Of a stretch of DNA of 32,000 bases, positions 9,293-18,662 are shown in pieces. A model generated the notes under the pieces. It was not told the DNA's origin. It was given only the letters and a program-made list of their open reading frames with translations, and searched no databases. Source of the DNA: Promethearchaeota archaeon (lineage in GTDB: Archaea > Asgardarchaeota > Lokiarchaeia > Sigyniarchaeales > SOKP01); contig JAUWGH010000003.1 of the NCBI GenBank assembly GCA_030606485.1, positions 30,001 through 62,000 of the forward strand, given 5' to 3'. Positions within the stretch are counted from its first letter, which is position 1. Each line of letters starts with the position of its first letter. The position numbers and the translations under genes are program-made.

Positions 9293-9844
9293 TTGAAAGA
9301 TGCCACGTTTAAAATATGCATTTTTGGAGACGGAGGTGTAGGAAAAACATCTTTAACCAAAAAATTTGTAACTGGCTTATTTGATCCGGATTTGAAATTT
9401 ACAATTGGACTGGATTTTTTCGTTAAAAATTTGGAGATCAATGAAAAGTTAATATCCTTACAAATCTGGGATTTTGCTGGTGAATCTCGATTTAGATTTC
9501 TTTTACCAGACTATGTAAAAGGAGCATCTGGAGCAATTTTTATGTATGATATTACTCGATTTTCATCCATAAAAAATATGGAGGATTGGTTACTTGTTTT
9601 TAATCAAGGTTTAATTAAAACTGAAAAGCGATTTCCTATTATTATGGTCGGAGGAAAAGCAGATCTCATTCAGAAACGGGCAATTCAGAGCGAAGACGCT
9701 ATTGAGATAGCAAAAAAACAAAAATTTATTGGGTTTATTGAATGTTCCTCTAAAACAGGAGAAAATGTAGGAAAAATATTTATCACATTGGCTAAAACAA
9801 TGATAAAAGAAGCAGGTTTAATCCAAGATAATGTTTTGTTATAA
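9293..9844 (+). CDS. Rab-like small GTPase
   Basis: G1 GDGGVGKTS, G2 FTIG, G3 WDFAGE, YVKGASGAIFMYDIT, G4 GKAD, G5 ECSSK. The TTG start is forced by an in-frame TAA at 9287-9289. Confidence 0.93.
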   Translation: MKDATFKICIFGDGGVGKTSLTKKFVTGLFDPDLKFTIGLDFFVKNLEINEKLISLQIWDFAGESRFRFLLPDYVKGASGAIFMYDITRFSSIKNMEDWLLVFNQGLIKTEKRFPIIMVGGKADLIQKRAIQSEDAIEIAKKQKFIGFIECSSKTGENVGKIFITLAKTMIKEAGLIQDNVLL

Positions 9845-9920
9845 ATTCTTTTCTAAATCAGAAAAATTAAACTAATAATAGGATGTTATTCGTATTATTA
9901 AGATTTATTCCATCGATAAT

Positions 9921-9937
9921 AAAAAAAAGAAAAAAAA
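9921..9937 (-). terminator. U-rich archaeal-type terminator candidate downstream of the histone gene
   Basis: Plus-strand A8-G-A8 reads T8-C-T8 on the minus strand, about 85 nt after the histone stop codon. Confidence 0.4.
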
Positions 9938-10020
9938 TTGGTTATTATTTATTCCTCCGCTTGAAAGAAAGATATCATAAAAGAGACATTCACTGGAAGC
10001 ATACGCGTGAAAGAGCTTTA

Positions 10021-10230
10021 CTAAAAGTACTTAATCGCTAAAAGTATGTCTTCTTTTGTAATTTTCTTCCTCTTCGAATGTTTTGTTAACTTCAAAGCGG
10101 TTGTAGTTATTGCTTTACTGGCAACACCCAACCAATCGATTAATTCATCAACAGCGTCGCGTGCAACGATTGTAGCACCAACGTTTTTCATTAATCGGCG
10201 GATGGGGCTCCATGAAAAGTATTCTGCCAT
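10021..10230 (-). CDS. Archaeal histone (single histone fold, tailless)
   Basis: Aligns gap-free with HMfB: SPIRRLMKNVGA ~ APIGRIIKDAGA; HSKRKKITKEDILLA ~ HAGRKTIKAEDIELA. Confidence 0.93.
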   Translation of the reverse strand: MAEYFSWSPIRRLMKNVGATIVARDAVDELIDWLGVASKAITTTALKLTKHSKRKKITKEDILLAIKYF

Positions 10231-10616
10231 AATTTTTTTACACTTTTTTGGTTTTTTATTAATTTTTTATTTTATATTAAAATTTGTGTTTGAATTAATA
10301 TATTCTCTTCAAATATTTAAAGATTTTGGTGCGTATTGAAAAATAGTAAAAAAAAAGTGAGAAAAATTGAAATATTTTTGTCGAGTAATGGAATTTGTTA
10401 ATCTGGTAAGAGATAATTTTTTTAATAAAATTTCATCAGCTGACCAAAATTTGTAACCAATTAATAATATTTGTAATGATTTTTATATATTTTTTATTAA
10501 TGGGATTAAATTTTAGAATTAAAGTAGGTTTTTATAAAAATGTGAGAAAGAATATAGTGCAAGGAATTAATAGAAATAAAAAAAGAAATTTAAAAATATT
10601 ATATTAATAATCTGAA

Positions 10617-11045
10617 TTAAAACATATCTTTTTGAATAGAATTTTCAATTTCTTTATTAATATCATCAGTTGGTTTTGTGACACATCCTATTTCTGCTAT
10701 TACCTGAAGTCCTGTTGGACTTACCATTTCCTTTATATCGTTGCAAATCTTTGGTGGACTATTTGGATCAGCACCTGTCCCAAATACGATAAGTTTTTTG
10801 CCTTGTAAATTCAATTGGTTTACTTTTTTTAAGAATTTTTTAAAAGTCCTCGCCATTTGACCAGCATGAGTTGGAGTACCCAATCCTATGATTTCAAAAT
10901 CTTTAATAGAATCAATTGATTTGAATTCTTTATCCCGATAAATCTCCACCGAAACCTCCAGATCTTCCAATCTTTTCATAATTTTTTCTGCTAATAATTT
11001 TGTGTTCCCAGATCGTGTATCATAAATAATGATTGCATTTGACAT
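10617..11045 (-). CDS. Short-chain flavodoxin
   Basis: FMN phosphate loop IYDTRSGNTKLLAEKI, LGTPTHAG and VFGTG; 142 aa. Confidence 0.88.
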   Translation of the reverse strand: MSNAIIIYDTRSGNTKLLAEKIMKRLEDLEVSVEIYRDKEFKSIDSIKDFEIIGLGTPTHAGQMARTFKKFLKKVNQLNLQGKKLIVFGTGADPNSPPKICNDIKEMVSPTGLQVIAEIGCVTKPTDDINKEIENSIQKDMF

Positions 11046-11200
11046 TTTTTATCACTCTCTTAAAATAATGTAATATAATATCTGGAAGAACTTAAATAAC
11101 TTTTTTATTATTTAAAAAGGGAATTAAAAAATACTTAAAATTTCTTAAGTTCCATAACAAATAATCTTTTATTTTTAATGATTCCGGAATTTCTATAGGT

Positions 11201-11572
11201 TTAAGATAAAAATTCTTTTATAACTTCTTTGAATTCCTTGAGGTTTAATGGTTTTGAGAGCGATTTATTAAAACCAGCCCTAGCAAATATGGATTCCCTA
11301 TTACCTTCAACTGGAGAAGAAGAGGCGGCAATAATTGGAATCCCTTTAAATTTATCCATTTTGCGGAGTTCTTTACAAATCCCAATTCCTTTTAATTTTG
11401 GAAGGTTATTATCTAAAATAATAAGATCGGGATTCCCAGATTTTATCATTTCTAAGCCTTTATCTCCCCGAGTTTCATAGAAGACTTCAATATTTGGGAT
11501 TTTCTTGAAGATAGCTTTATATAATTTGATATTGGCTTCGTTATCTTCGATAATAAAAACTTTTTTTTTCAA
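11201..11572 (-). CDS. Single-domain response regulator (divergent DivK/CheY-like receiver)
   Basis: IIEDN, LIILDNNLP (phospho-Asp), AASS, SKP. TTG start preceded by a GGGGGT Shine-Dalgarno-like sequence. Confidence 0.88.
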   Translation of the reverse strand: MKKKVFIIEDNEANIKLYKAIFKKIPNIEVFYETRGDKGLEMIKSGNPDLIILDNNLPKLKGIGICKELRKMDKFKGIPIIAASSSPVEGNRESIFARAGFNKSLSKPLNLKEFKEVIKEFLS

Positions 11573-11670
11573 TGATTTACCCCCATATGCTAAATTATAA
11601 ACTTTTTGTCAAATAATAACATAATAATAATAAATTATTTCTATTTAAATTAAATGGAGAAATTCTTTAT

Positions 11671-12597
11671 TTGAAATATATTTTTGGACCAGTTCCATCT
11701 CGACGGTTGGGAAATTCATTAGGAGTTGATCCAATCCCTTCTAAAACTTGCAATTTTTCATGTATTTATTGTCAATTAGGAAGAACAACAAACTTAACAA
11801 ATACAAGAAAAAATTTTTTTCCAAAAGAAGATATAATTCAAGAAATGAAACTATCATTAAAAATTCACGAAAAAACGATGGATTTTTTAACTTTTGTAGG
11901 AAGTGGAGAACCAACATTATATAAGGATTTGAAAGACCTTATTTTAGCGGCAAAACGATTAACAAATAAACCAGTTTGTGTAATAACCAATGGAGCATTA
12001 TTGTATAACCGGGAAGTGCAAAATTCTTTAATGGAAGCAGATGTCATTATGCCAAGTTTAGATGCAGGAGATGAAGAAATGTTTAGAAGGATTAATCGAC
12101 CTCATCCTGATATAAAATTTGATAAGATGGTTGAAGGAATGATTGAATTTAGAGAAAAATTTCCCGGTAAAATCTGGATGGAGATAATGTTAATGAAGAA
12201 CATTAATGACGGAATCGAATCACTTAAAGTGATTAAAAAAATCCTAAATCAGATTAATCCAGACCGTACATATATTAATGTACCTATAAGACCTCCTGCA
12301 GAATCTTGGGTAATAAAGCCAAGTAAAGAATCAATTGAAAGATGCAAAGAAATATTAGGTGAAATCTATAATATCTCTTTTCCTGAAGAAGGGCAATTTT
12401 TTAGTCCGAGTTCTGACTTGGAAAATGAAATTTTATTATTAATAGAAAGACATCCGATGAGGCATGAACAAATTCTTAAAACATTCCCAAATTTCTCTGA
12501 AAAGAAAATATTAACAATCCTATATAAATTAGAAAAGAAAGGAAAAGTAATAAAAAAGAAATATGATGAGGTAATATTCTGGAATTTTATTCCGTAA
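11671..12597 (+). CDS. Radical SAM protein (COG0731-like Fe-S oxidoreductase)
   Basis: YIFGPVPSRRLGNSLGVD, CNFSCIYC (CxxxCxxC), GSGEPTL, ITNG, PSLDA, PIRPPAE. Confidence 0.9.
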   Translation: MKYIFGPVPSRRLGNSLGVDPIPSKTCNFSCIYCQLGRTTNLTNTRKNFFPKEDIIQEMKLSLKIHEKTMDFLTFVGSGEPTLYKDLKDLILAAKRLTNKPVCVITNGALLYNREVQNSLMEADVIMPSLDAGDEEMFRRINRPHPDIKFDKMVEGMIEFREKFPGKIWMEIMLMKNINDGIESLKVIKKILNQINPDRTYINVPIRPPAESWVIKPSKESIERCKEILGEIYNISFPEEGQFFSPSSDLENEILLLIERHPMRHEQILKTFPNFSEKKILTILYKLEKKGKVIKKKYDEVIFWNFIP

Positions 12598-15439
12598 TTA
12601 TTGAATCTGGTTTTATTGCGACTTTACCTAAATTTTTAGGTATTGAAAATTTAAATGTAGTCCCTCTTCCCAACTCGCTGGTAAAAGAGATATTTCCTCC
12701 ATGCATATTGATTAATTTCTTAGTTAAGGGTAATCCCAATCCGGTACCTGGAATTGAATCAACAAAAAATGAACTTACTCTTTGAAATTCCTTAAATATT
12801 AGATCATAATCTTCCTTTGCAATCCCTATTCCAGTATCAATAATATAAAATTCAAATTGATTTTCATTTTCCATAATTTTCAGCTTAATTCCCCCATCAT
12901 TGGTAAATTTAATTGCATTACTTAACAAATTGTAAAGTATTTCCTTTAATCTTATCTGATCTGCTTCAATAAATTTTTCCGTTTCTAATCCAATTACCTC
13001 AAATTTCAACTTTTTTTCATCAAGTAAGGGCTTAACTGTTGATCTAATCTGATTTATTAAATTATTTAAAGGAAATTTTTTAATATTTAATCTCATTTCA
13101 CCCGATTCTATTTTGGATATATCCAAAATTTGATTTATCATGTTTAATAAATGCTCACCAGAGGATCGAACGTCTTTAATAAAATCTTTTTGTTCTTTAT
13201 TTAAGCTCCCGTAAATTTCTTCCGCTAATAAATCTGAAAATCCAATAATTGCATTTAAAGGTGTTCTTAACTCATGAGACATGGTGGCCATAAATTCACT
13301 TTTAAATTGAGAAGATTTTAGAACTTCATTAACATAAAGATCTTTTTGTTTTATAGTTTCATTTAATTTTGTTATAGCATCATCCAATTCTATAGTTCTA
13401 ATTTTTACTTTTTCCTCTAATTCTTCAGCAAATTTTTTTATTAACGCCTCTGCTTTCTTTTTCTCTGTAATATCCCGAACTATACCATAAAATCCACACT
13501 TCTTATTTTGTGAATCATACTTTAAAGAAATAGAGAGTTCAATATTACTTTTTATTTCGTTCTTTTTAATGAGCTCAAAATCATAGATTTTAGCTATTGT
13601 TTCAGTTTTATAAACTTCATTAAAAGATTTAAAAACGCTTTCTGCAGTTTCTTCTGTTAAGAATTGCCGATAATTCAAACCCATTAATTCATCTTTTGGA
13701 TATCCAGTAATTTCGCACCAACTATCATTAAAAAATGTAAAATTTCCTTCAAGATCACTTTCATAATATCCTTCTTTAATATTTTCAAGAATAGTCCTAT
13801 GTTTTTCTTCAGATTCTCTTATTTTCCTTTGCGTTTCCTTTATTGTCGAAATGTCTTGAATTACAAAATAGAATAGTTTTTTTCCACTAATTTGTACTAT
13901 TGAAGAATAGAGCATAACAGAAATCAAACTTCCATCCTTTTTAGACAATGGAATTTCCAGTGGTTTTGGAGTGTTTCCCTTTATTATAGTTTTAAAATTT
14001 TTCATAATTTTTGAATAAGAATTTAAAGGAAATTTTCCAATATTTTTAAAATGCTTACCAATTATTTCATCTCTCTTATATCCAAACAAATTTTCAGCGC
14101 TAGGATTACAATCAAGAAATTTTCCTTGTGTATCCATTAGCGCTATAGATAAGGGAGTATTTTCGAATAGATGTCTAAATTTTTGTTCAGATTCTTTTAC
14201 TTTTTGTTCTGCCTTCTTGCGTTCTTCCTCAAGATCTATCATATTTAAACCAAAAGCAATATCTTGAGCAACCTCCTTAAATAAATTTTGTTCATCCAAA
14301 TCATTAACTAAATCTCGAGGAATAGATGCAGATAACCAACCGAAAATTTTTTCTCTGTGTTCCAATCGAATAGTCATCGCTGCTCTACCCTCATATACTT
14401 TCGATAAAGGACAATCTGTGCAAGTTAAATTAGGATTTTCATTGATAATTAAATCTGATTGCACTATTGCCTTTCTGCTGCATTCAGTCATTTCACCTTT
14501 CTTTAATAATTCAATCATGGATGAAAAATTTTCACCCAAACCTGCTTCAGCGGTTAATATAACATTATTTGAACTGTTTAAGAAGGCAATCCAAGCGTTA
14601 AAATAGCTTCGAGTTTCTATAAGATTATTACAGGCGCCTTGAAGCAATCTCTTACGATCTTTTTCTTTAATTATAAGCTGATTTACATTGCTAATGACTC
14701 GTAATACAGAAGAGATATGTTTTATTTTCTCCTCAGCCTTCTTACGCTGAGTATTATCTCTCAGTACTGCAATATAAAAATCTCCCTTATCATCTTTTAA
14801 TAATTGCCCATTGACAGAAACAGGAACATAATACCCATCTTTATGTCGAACTCTAAATTCAGTAGAGATTTTTTCTCCGGTAGCATTTGCTTTTTTCAAT
14901 GCTTCTGCAACATTTAATAAATCATCTGGATGGATATAATTTAAACTACTTAAGCCAATCATTTCCTCTTGTTTATACCCAAATATATCAAAACATTGAG
15001 GACTTATATAAGTTATCTTCGTTTTTAAAGTAGTCTCTAATATAATATCAGAAATGTTATTAATAAATCCACGATATCTTTTTTCGGATTCCTTTATTTT
15101 TTGTTCTGCCTTTGAGATCTGCTTACTTAAAAAACCAACAAAATAACCAGTAAATATAAATATAATCCCTCGAATTAAGTTATCGATTATTGTATTCAAT
15201 CCAATAAAAAATGAAAAGAAAATTAATGAACTAGTCAAAAATATAGGCACAATTAAACCTCTTTTTTTCCACCAAAGACATGCTAAAATAGTGGGAATAT
15301 AAAAAAAATGAGTAAATATCGTGCTAATTTTAAGTATGAAGAGAAAATAATATTCTAAAAAGCATAAAGCAGATAAGACTGCAATTATAATAAGAATTTC
15401 AAATTTTTCTTCAGGGTTTTTAATTTTTAATCCAATCAT
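12587..15439 (-). CDS. Membrane-bound sensor histidine kinase: TM - PAS - GAF - PAS - PAS - HisKA - HATPase
   Basis: Hydrophobic N-terminus (3-4 TM), PAS repeats ending RDNTQRK/QDIS/RDITEKK, GAF with CTDCP, H-box MSHELRTPLNAI, N-box NLLSNAIKFT, DTGIGI, GTGLGL. Overlaps the convergent radical SAM gene by 11 nt. Confidence 0.95.
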   Translation of the reverse strand: MIGLKIKNPEEKFEILIIIAVLSALCFLEYYFLFILKISTIFTHFFYIPTILACLWWKKRGLIVPIFLTSSLIFFSFFIGLNTIIDNLIRGIIFIFTGYFVGFLSKQISKAEQKIKESEKRYRGFINNISDIILETTLKTKITYISPQCFDIFGYKQEEMIGLSSLNYIHPDDLLNVAEALKKANATGEKISTEFRVRHKDGYYVPVSVNGQLLKDDKGDFYIAVLRDNTQRKKAEEKIKHISSVLRVISNVNQLIIKEKDRKRLLQGACNNLIETRSYFNAWIAFLNSSNNVILTAEAGLGENFSSMIELLKKGEMTECSRKAIVQSDLIINENPNLTCTDCPLSKVYEGRAAMTIRLEHREKIFGWLSASIPRDLVNDLDEQNLFKEVAQDIAFGLNMIDLEEERKKAEQKVKESEQKFRHLFENTPLSIALMDTQGKFLDCNPSAENLFGYKRDEIIGKHFKNIGKFPLNSYSKIMKNFKTIIKGNTPKPLEIPLSKKDGSLISVMLYSSIVQISGKKLFYFVIQDISTIKETQRKIRESEEKHRTILENIKEGYYESDLEGNFTFFNDSWCEITGYPKDELMGLNYRQFLTEETAESVFKSFNEVYKTETIAKIYDFELIKKNEIKSNIELSISLKYDSQNKKCGFYGIVRDITEKKKAEALIKKFAEELEEKVKIRTIELDDAITKLNETIKQKDLYVNEVLKSSQFKSEFMATMSHELRTPLNAIIGFSDLLAEEIYGSLNKEQKDFIKDVRSSGEHLLNMINQILDISKIESGEMRLNIKKFPLNNLINQIRSTVKPLLDEKKLKFEVIGLETEKFIEADQIRLKEILYNLLSNAIKFTNDGGIKLKIMENENQFEFYIIDTGIGIAKEDYDLIFKEFQRVSSFFVDSIPGTGLGLPLTKKLINMHGGNISFTSELGRGTTFKFSIPKNLGKVAIKPDSIITE

Positions 15440-15464
15440 GATGTTGCATCAGTTATTACCATAT

Positions 15465-16103
15465 TTATTTTATTGAGTTTGTTGAAAGCATCTCATCAAT
15501 AGATTTAGTTATTTCTTTACATGATTCAAGCATCATTTCTGTGTAATTCACAACTGTTTGCTCAGACAGATTTCCTTGTTCTTTCCCTTCTAAAATTAAT
15601 TCGCAAAATCCTTGAATAGTATTAATTCCACTTCTAATTTGCATAGTAAATGACTCTAATGGTAAAACTTCATCTTTTTTCATATATATTTCATTTATTT
15701 CACTAAAAAATTTTTCAAATGATTTTTTATCATCTGACAAAATTTGCTTGTTTCCTAATTTTAGGAATTCCATTTCAATTCTTCGGAAATGAATTATTGG
15801 GATTAGAGGATATGCTACATCCCGAAGAATTATCAGTGAATATAATTGTTTCCCTCCTCGAGCACTAGGATCTTCAATTTCAATTTTACAGATCTGGGAA
15901 TAAAATTGACTAAAATCCAAAATGACAAATTTATTTTTAGTATTTAATGCATCTCTCAAAAGATTTTTAATGAATTGCTCTTCCTTAAGTGGAAAAGATG
16001 AATATAAAGTTCTGGGACCTAAGATTTGATCATATTTTCCAATAATTAAAATAAATTGATATTTATCCAGCCCTTCTTTAAAATTTAGGTAAGGATCTGA
16101 CAC
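15465..16103 (-). CDS. Longin/uDENN-like (FLCN/SMCR8-type) domain fused to a His-less DHp-like domain
   Basis: ILIIGKYDQILGPRTLYSSFP (uDENN-like start); KIEIEDPSARGGKQLYSLIIL (cf. FLCN FFIKDSLARGFQRWYSII); C-terminal TMQIRSGINTIQGFCELILEG aligns with the neighbours' SHELRTPLNAILGFSQLLLDG. GTG start with GGAG upstream. Confidence 0.65.
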   Translation of the reverse strand: MSDPYLNFKEGLDKYQFILIIGKYDQILGPRTLYSSFPLKEEQFIKNLLRDALNTKNKFVILDFSQFYSQICKIEIEDPSARGGKQLYSLIILRDVAYPLIPIIHFRRIEMEFLKLGNKQILSDDKKSFEKFFSEINEIYMKKDEVLPLESFTMQIRSGINTIQGFCELILEGKEQGNLSEQTVVNYTEMMLESCKEITKSIDEMLSTNSIK

Positions 16104-16156
16104 TTTTTCTCTCCATTTTCATATTAAAATTATTTTTATTTCAAATTTATTACCTT

Positions 16157-18463
16157 TTATTTAATTGTAGATATTTTTTGCAACTTTTCTTCAGTTAATG
16201 TGATTTTAGGAATTGTAAAAAAGAATGTGGTTCCTTTATCTAATTTACTTTCAAACCAAATTTCCCCTCCATGAAGATTTACTAGTCTTTTCGTTAATGC
16301 TAAACCCAACCCTGTCCCCTGAACCTGTTTTATCTTATCACCTTCTACTCTTCCAAATTCTCTAAAAACTACATCATAATCCTTCTTTGCGATACCAACA
16401 CCAGTATCTTTAATTTGAAATTCCCAATGATCGATTCTCTGAATACCACGAAGTGAAACATTTCCTTTCTCTGTAAATTTAAATGCATTACTTAAAATAT
16501 TATATATTATTTGTTTGAAACGTACAGGATCAGCAATTAAACAATCTTGTTCATTTATACCTTTAACTTTAAATTCCAAATTTTTGTTTGAATATAATGG
16601 TTTTATTACTGCATTAATTTCTACAATTAATTCATTTAAATCAAATTTCTGCATATCTAATTTTAATTTTCCAGCTTCAATTTTTGAGATATCTAAAATA
16701 GAATTTATTAAACTCAGTAAATGATCTCCCGCAGAATTGATATCATTTATGAAATCTTGTTGATCTACATTTAAATCCCCATATGATCCATCTAATAACA
16801 ACTGTGAAAAACCTAATATTGCATTCAACGGTGTTCTTAATTCATGAGACATTGTAGCCATAAATCGTGATTTAATATCCAAGGAAGCAAGTAATTGATC
16901 AAATAACATTTCTCGATTCTTTTCAAAATTCTTTCTATCAGAAATATCGGAAAAAAAAGATTGAATGATTATTTGATCTTCAATTCTTAATATGGTTGAC
17001 GAAACTTCTATATACAATAGGTTTCCATGCTTTTCTTTTATCAATGCTTCGACTTTATTTAAAATTGATAGATCATAAATATCTTCTTCGTAATGTTTTT
17101 TAACTAAATCCATAAATTCTGGGTCAAATAACTCGTATATATTGTGTGTTAATAATTCTTCTCTATTATAGTTAAATAAATTCTCGGTTTCTCTATTAGC
17201 TTTTAAAATTTCACCCTTTTGATTTAATAGAAAAATCCCCAATGGAGCTGTTTCATTAAGCGCATGGATTTCTTGGAGTGATTTTTCCAATTCCATTATT
17301 TCTTCTTCTGATTTTTTTCGGGCTGAAATATCTTGTATAATAAGTTGTATTAATTTTTTTTTACCTATTTTAAATAAAGCAAATTGCATATTCACCCATA
17401 TAAGGCTTCCATCCTTCTTATTTACTTGAATATCAATAGGCTCTGGAACCTCTCCTTTATTAATTTCTTTAGATTTATTTTTTATTTCTGGAAGATATTT
17501 TGGAGGAATAATAGAATTTTGACTATAAAATTTATTGATTAACTCTTCCTTTTTATATCCAAATATTTTTTCTGTAGTATTATTGCAATCAATAATCACA
17601 CCTTCCAAATTTAGTAGGATTATAGAATTTGGAGAATTTTCGAATAGATATCTGAATTTTTCTTCTGACTCTTTTTTCTTTTTTTCCGTCTTCTTGCGTT
17701 CCGTAATATCTTCGCAATTCGTTAGGAGTACAGTTTTACCACCCAACTCTATTAAGTCTATATTCATTAGAGCTGTATAAATTGTGCCGTCTTTTTTTTT
17801 CAATTTTACTTCAAAATTATGGACCTTATCAGTTTCATGCAATTTATTAAGTAATTTTTTACGTTCATTTGGATCAACATAAGTAGAAATAAGTCTTTGA
17901 GTGTTTAACTCATCTAAGGTAAAACCTGTTATTTCTTGCATTTTTTTGTTTATAGCAAGAATATTACCCTCAAGGTCAGCAATCCCAATCCCTATTGGAG
18001 AAGAATTAAATAAAAATTGATATTTTTCCTCAGATTTTTGTATTTGGCTAGTTAATTTTTCCATTTTAATCCATGTTCGATTTCTTTCAATAGCATGTTG
18101 GATTGAACGTAATAATATATTGCTACTAACCTCATTTTTAATCAAGTAATCTTGAGTTCCTGCTTTAACCGCTTCTACGCCTATTTGAAAATCATCATTT
18201 ACAGTTAGAACAATAATTGGAATATTTTGAACCTTTTCACAAGTCTTAAATACAGTATTAAGTCCAGAGCTATCTGGAAGGTTTAAATCTAAGAGAATTA
18301 CGTCATAATTTTTATTATCAATACGTTTAAATCCATCCTTAAGGGTTTCAACCCAAACTAAACTAAATTTTAAATTTTTAATCTCTTTTAGCATTTCTTC
18401 TATTAATCGAGCATCACCTGGATTATCTTCGATTAACAGAATATTAATTAAATTATCTAACAT
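16157..18463 (-). CDS. Cytoplasmic hybrid histidine kinase: REC - PAS x3 - HisKA - HATPase
   Basis: LLIEDNPGD, LLDLNLPDSSG, three PAS repeats (EDITERK, QDISARK, SDISDRK), MSHELRTPLNAI, NILSNAFKFT, DTGVGI, GTGLGL. Confidence 0.95.
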   Translation of the reverse strand: MLDNLINILLIEDNPGDARLIEEMLKEIKNLKFSLVWVETLKDGFKRIDNKNYDVILLDLNLPDSSGLNTVFKTCEKVQNIPIIVLTVNDDFQIGVEAVKAGTQDYLIKNEVSSNILLRSIQHAIERNRTWIKMEKLTSQIQKSEEKYQFLFNSSPIGIGIADLEGNILAINKKMQEITGFTLDELNTQRLISTYVDPNERKKLLNKLHETDKVHNFEVKLKKKDGTIYTALMNIDLIELGGKTVLLTNCEDITERKKTEKKKKESEEKFRYLFENSPNSIILLNLEGVIIDCNNTTEKIFGYKKEELINKFYSQNSIIPPKYLPEIKNKSKEINKGEVPEPIDIQVNKKDGSLIWVNMQFALFKIGKKKLIQLIIQDISARKKSEEEIMELEKSLQEIHALNETAPLGIFLLNQKGEILKANRETENLFNYNREELLTHNIYELFDPEFMDLVKKHYEEDIYDLSILNKVEALIKEKHGNLLYIEVSSTILRIEDQIIIQSFFSDISDRKNFEKNREMLFDQLLASLDIKSRFMATMSHELRTPLNAILGFSQLLLDGSYGDLNVDQQDFINDINSAGDHLLSLINSILDISKIEAGKLKLDMQKFDLNELIVEINAVIKPLYSNKNLEFKVKGINEQDCLIADPVRFKQIIYNILSNAFKFTEKGNVSLRGIQRIDHWEFQIKDTGVGIAKKDYDVVFREFGRVEGDKIKQVQGTGLGLALTKRLVNLHGGEIWFESKLDKGTTFFFTIPKITLTEEKLQKISTIK

Positions 18464-18662
18464 ATTTTTATTATTTTATGTTATTTAGTTTAATAAGTAA
18501 TTACGATAATACGAAAAATGATAATTTTTAATGATATAGAAATATTGGATGAGAGAGAGACACATAGATTATTCCTCTTTTTACCTCATTAGTTATATAA
18601 GAATTTCTAGAATTAATCGTGTTAAATTCATTAGCATTTTCTTTCAATTAAAATTTATCAAA

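Noticed and set aside
9990-10020. Just after the histone stop, AAAGCTCTTTCA resembles the 5' half of the metazoan histone mRNA stem-loop (AAAGGCTCTTTTCAGAGCC)
   Set aside because: The 3' arm is ACGCG rather than AGAGC, so the stem cannot form. Only a weak 5-bp TTCAC/GTGAA pairing exists; likely chance.
10300-10490. Open stretch on the minus strand upstream of the histone (LIGYKFWSADEILL...)
   Set aside because: No convincing start or family motif; very AT-rich sequence.
12587-12597. 11-nt convergent overlap between the radical SAM and kinase genes
   Set aside because: Short tail-to-tail overlaps are common in compact prokaryotic genomes.
12587-18463. Near-identical H-box/ATPase sequences in the two kinases as a mobile repeat
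   Set aside because: Explained by ordinary paralogy of kinase cores; no terminal repeats or target-site duplications seen.
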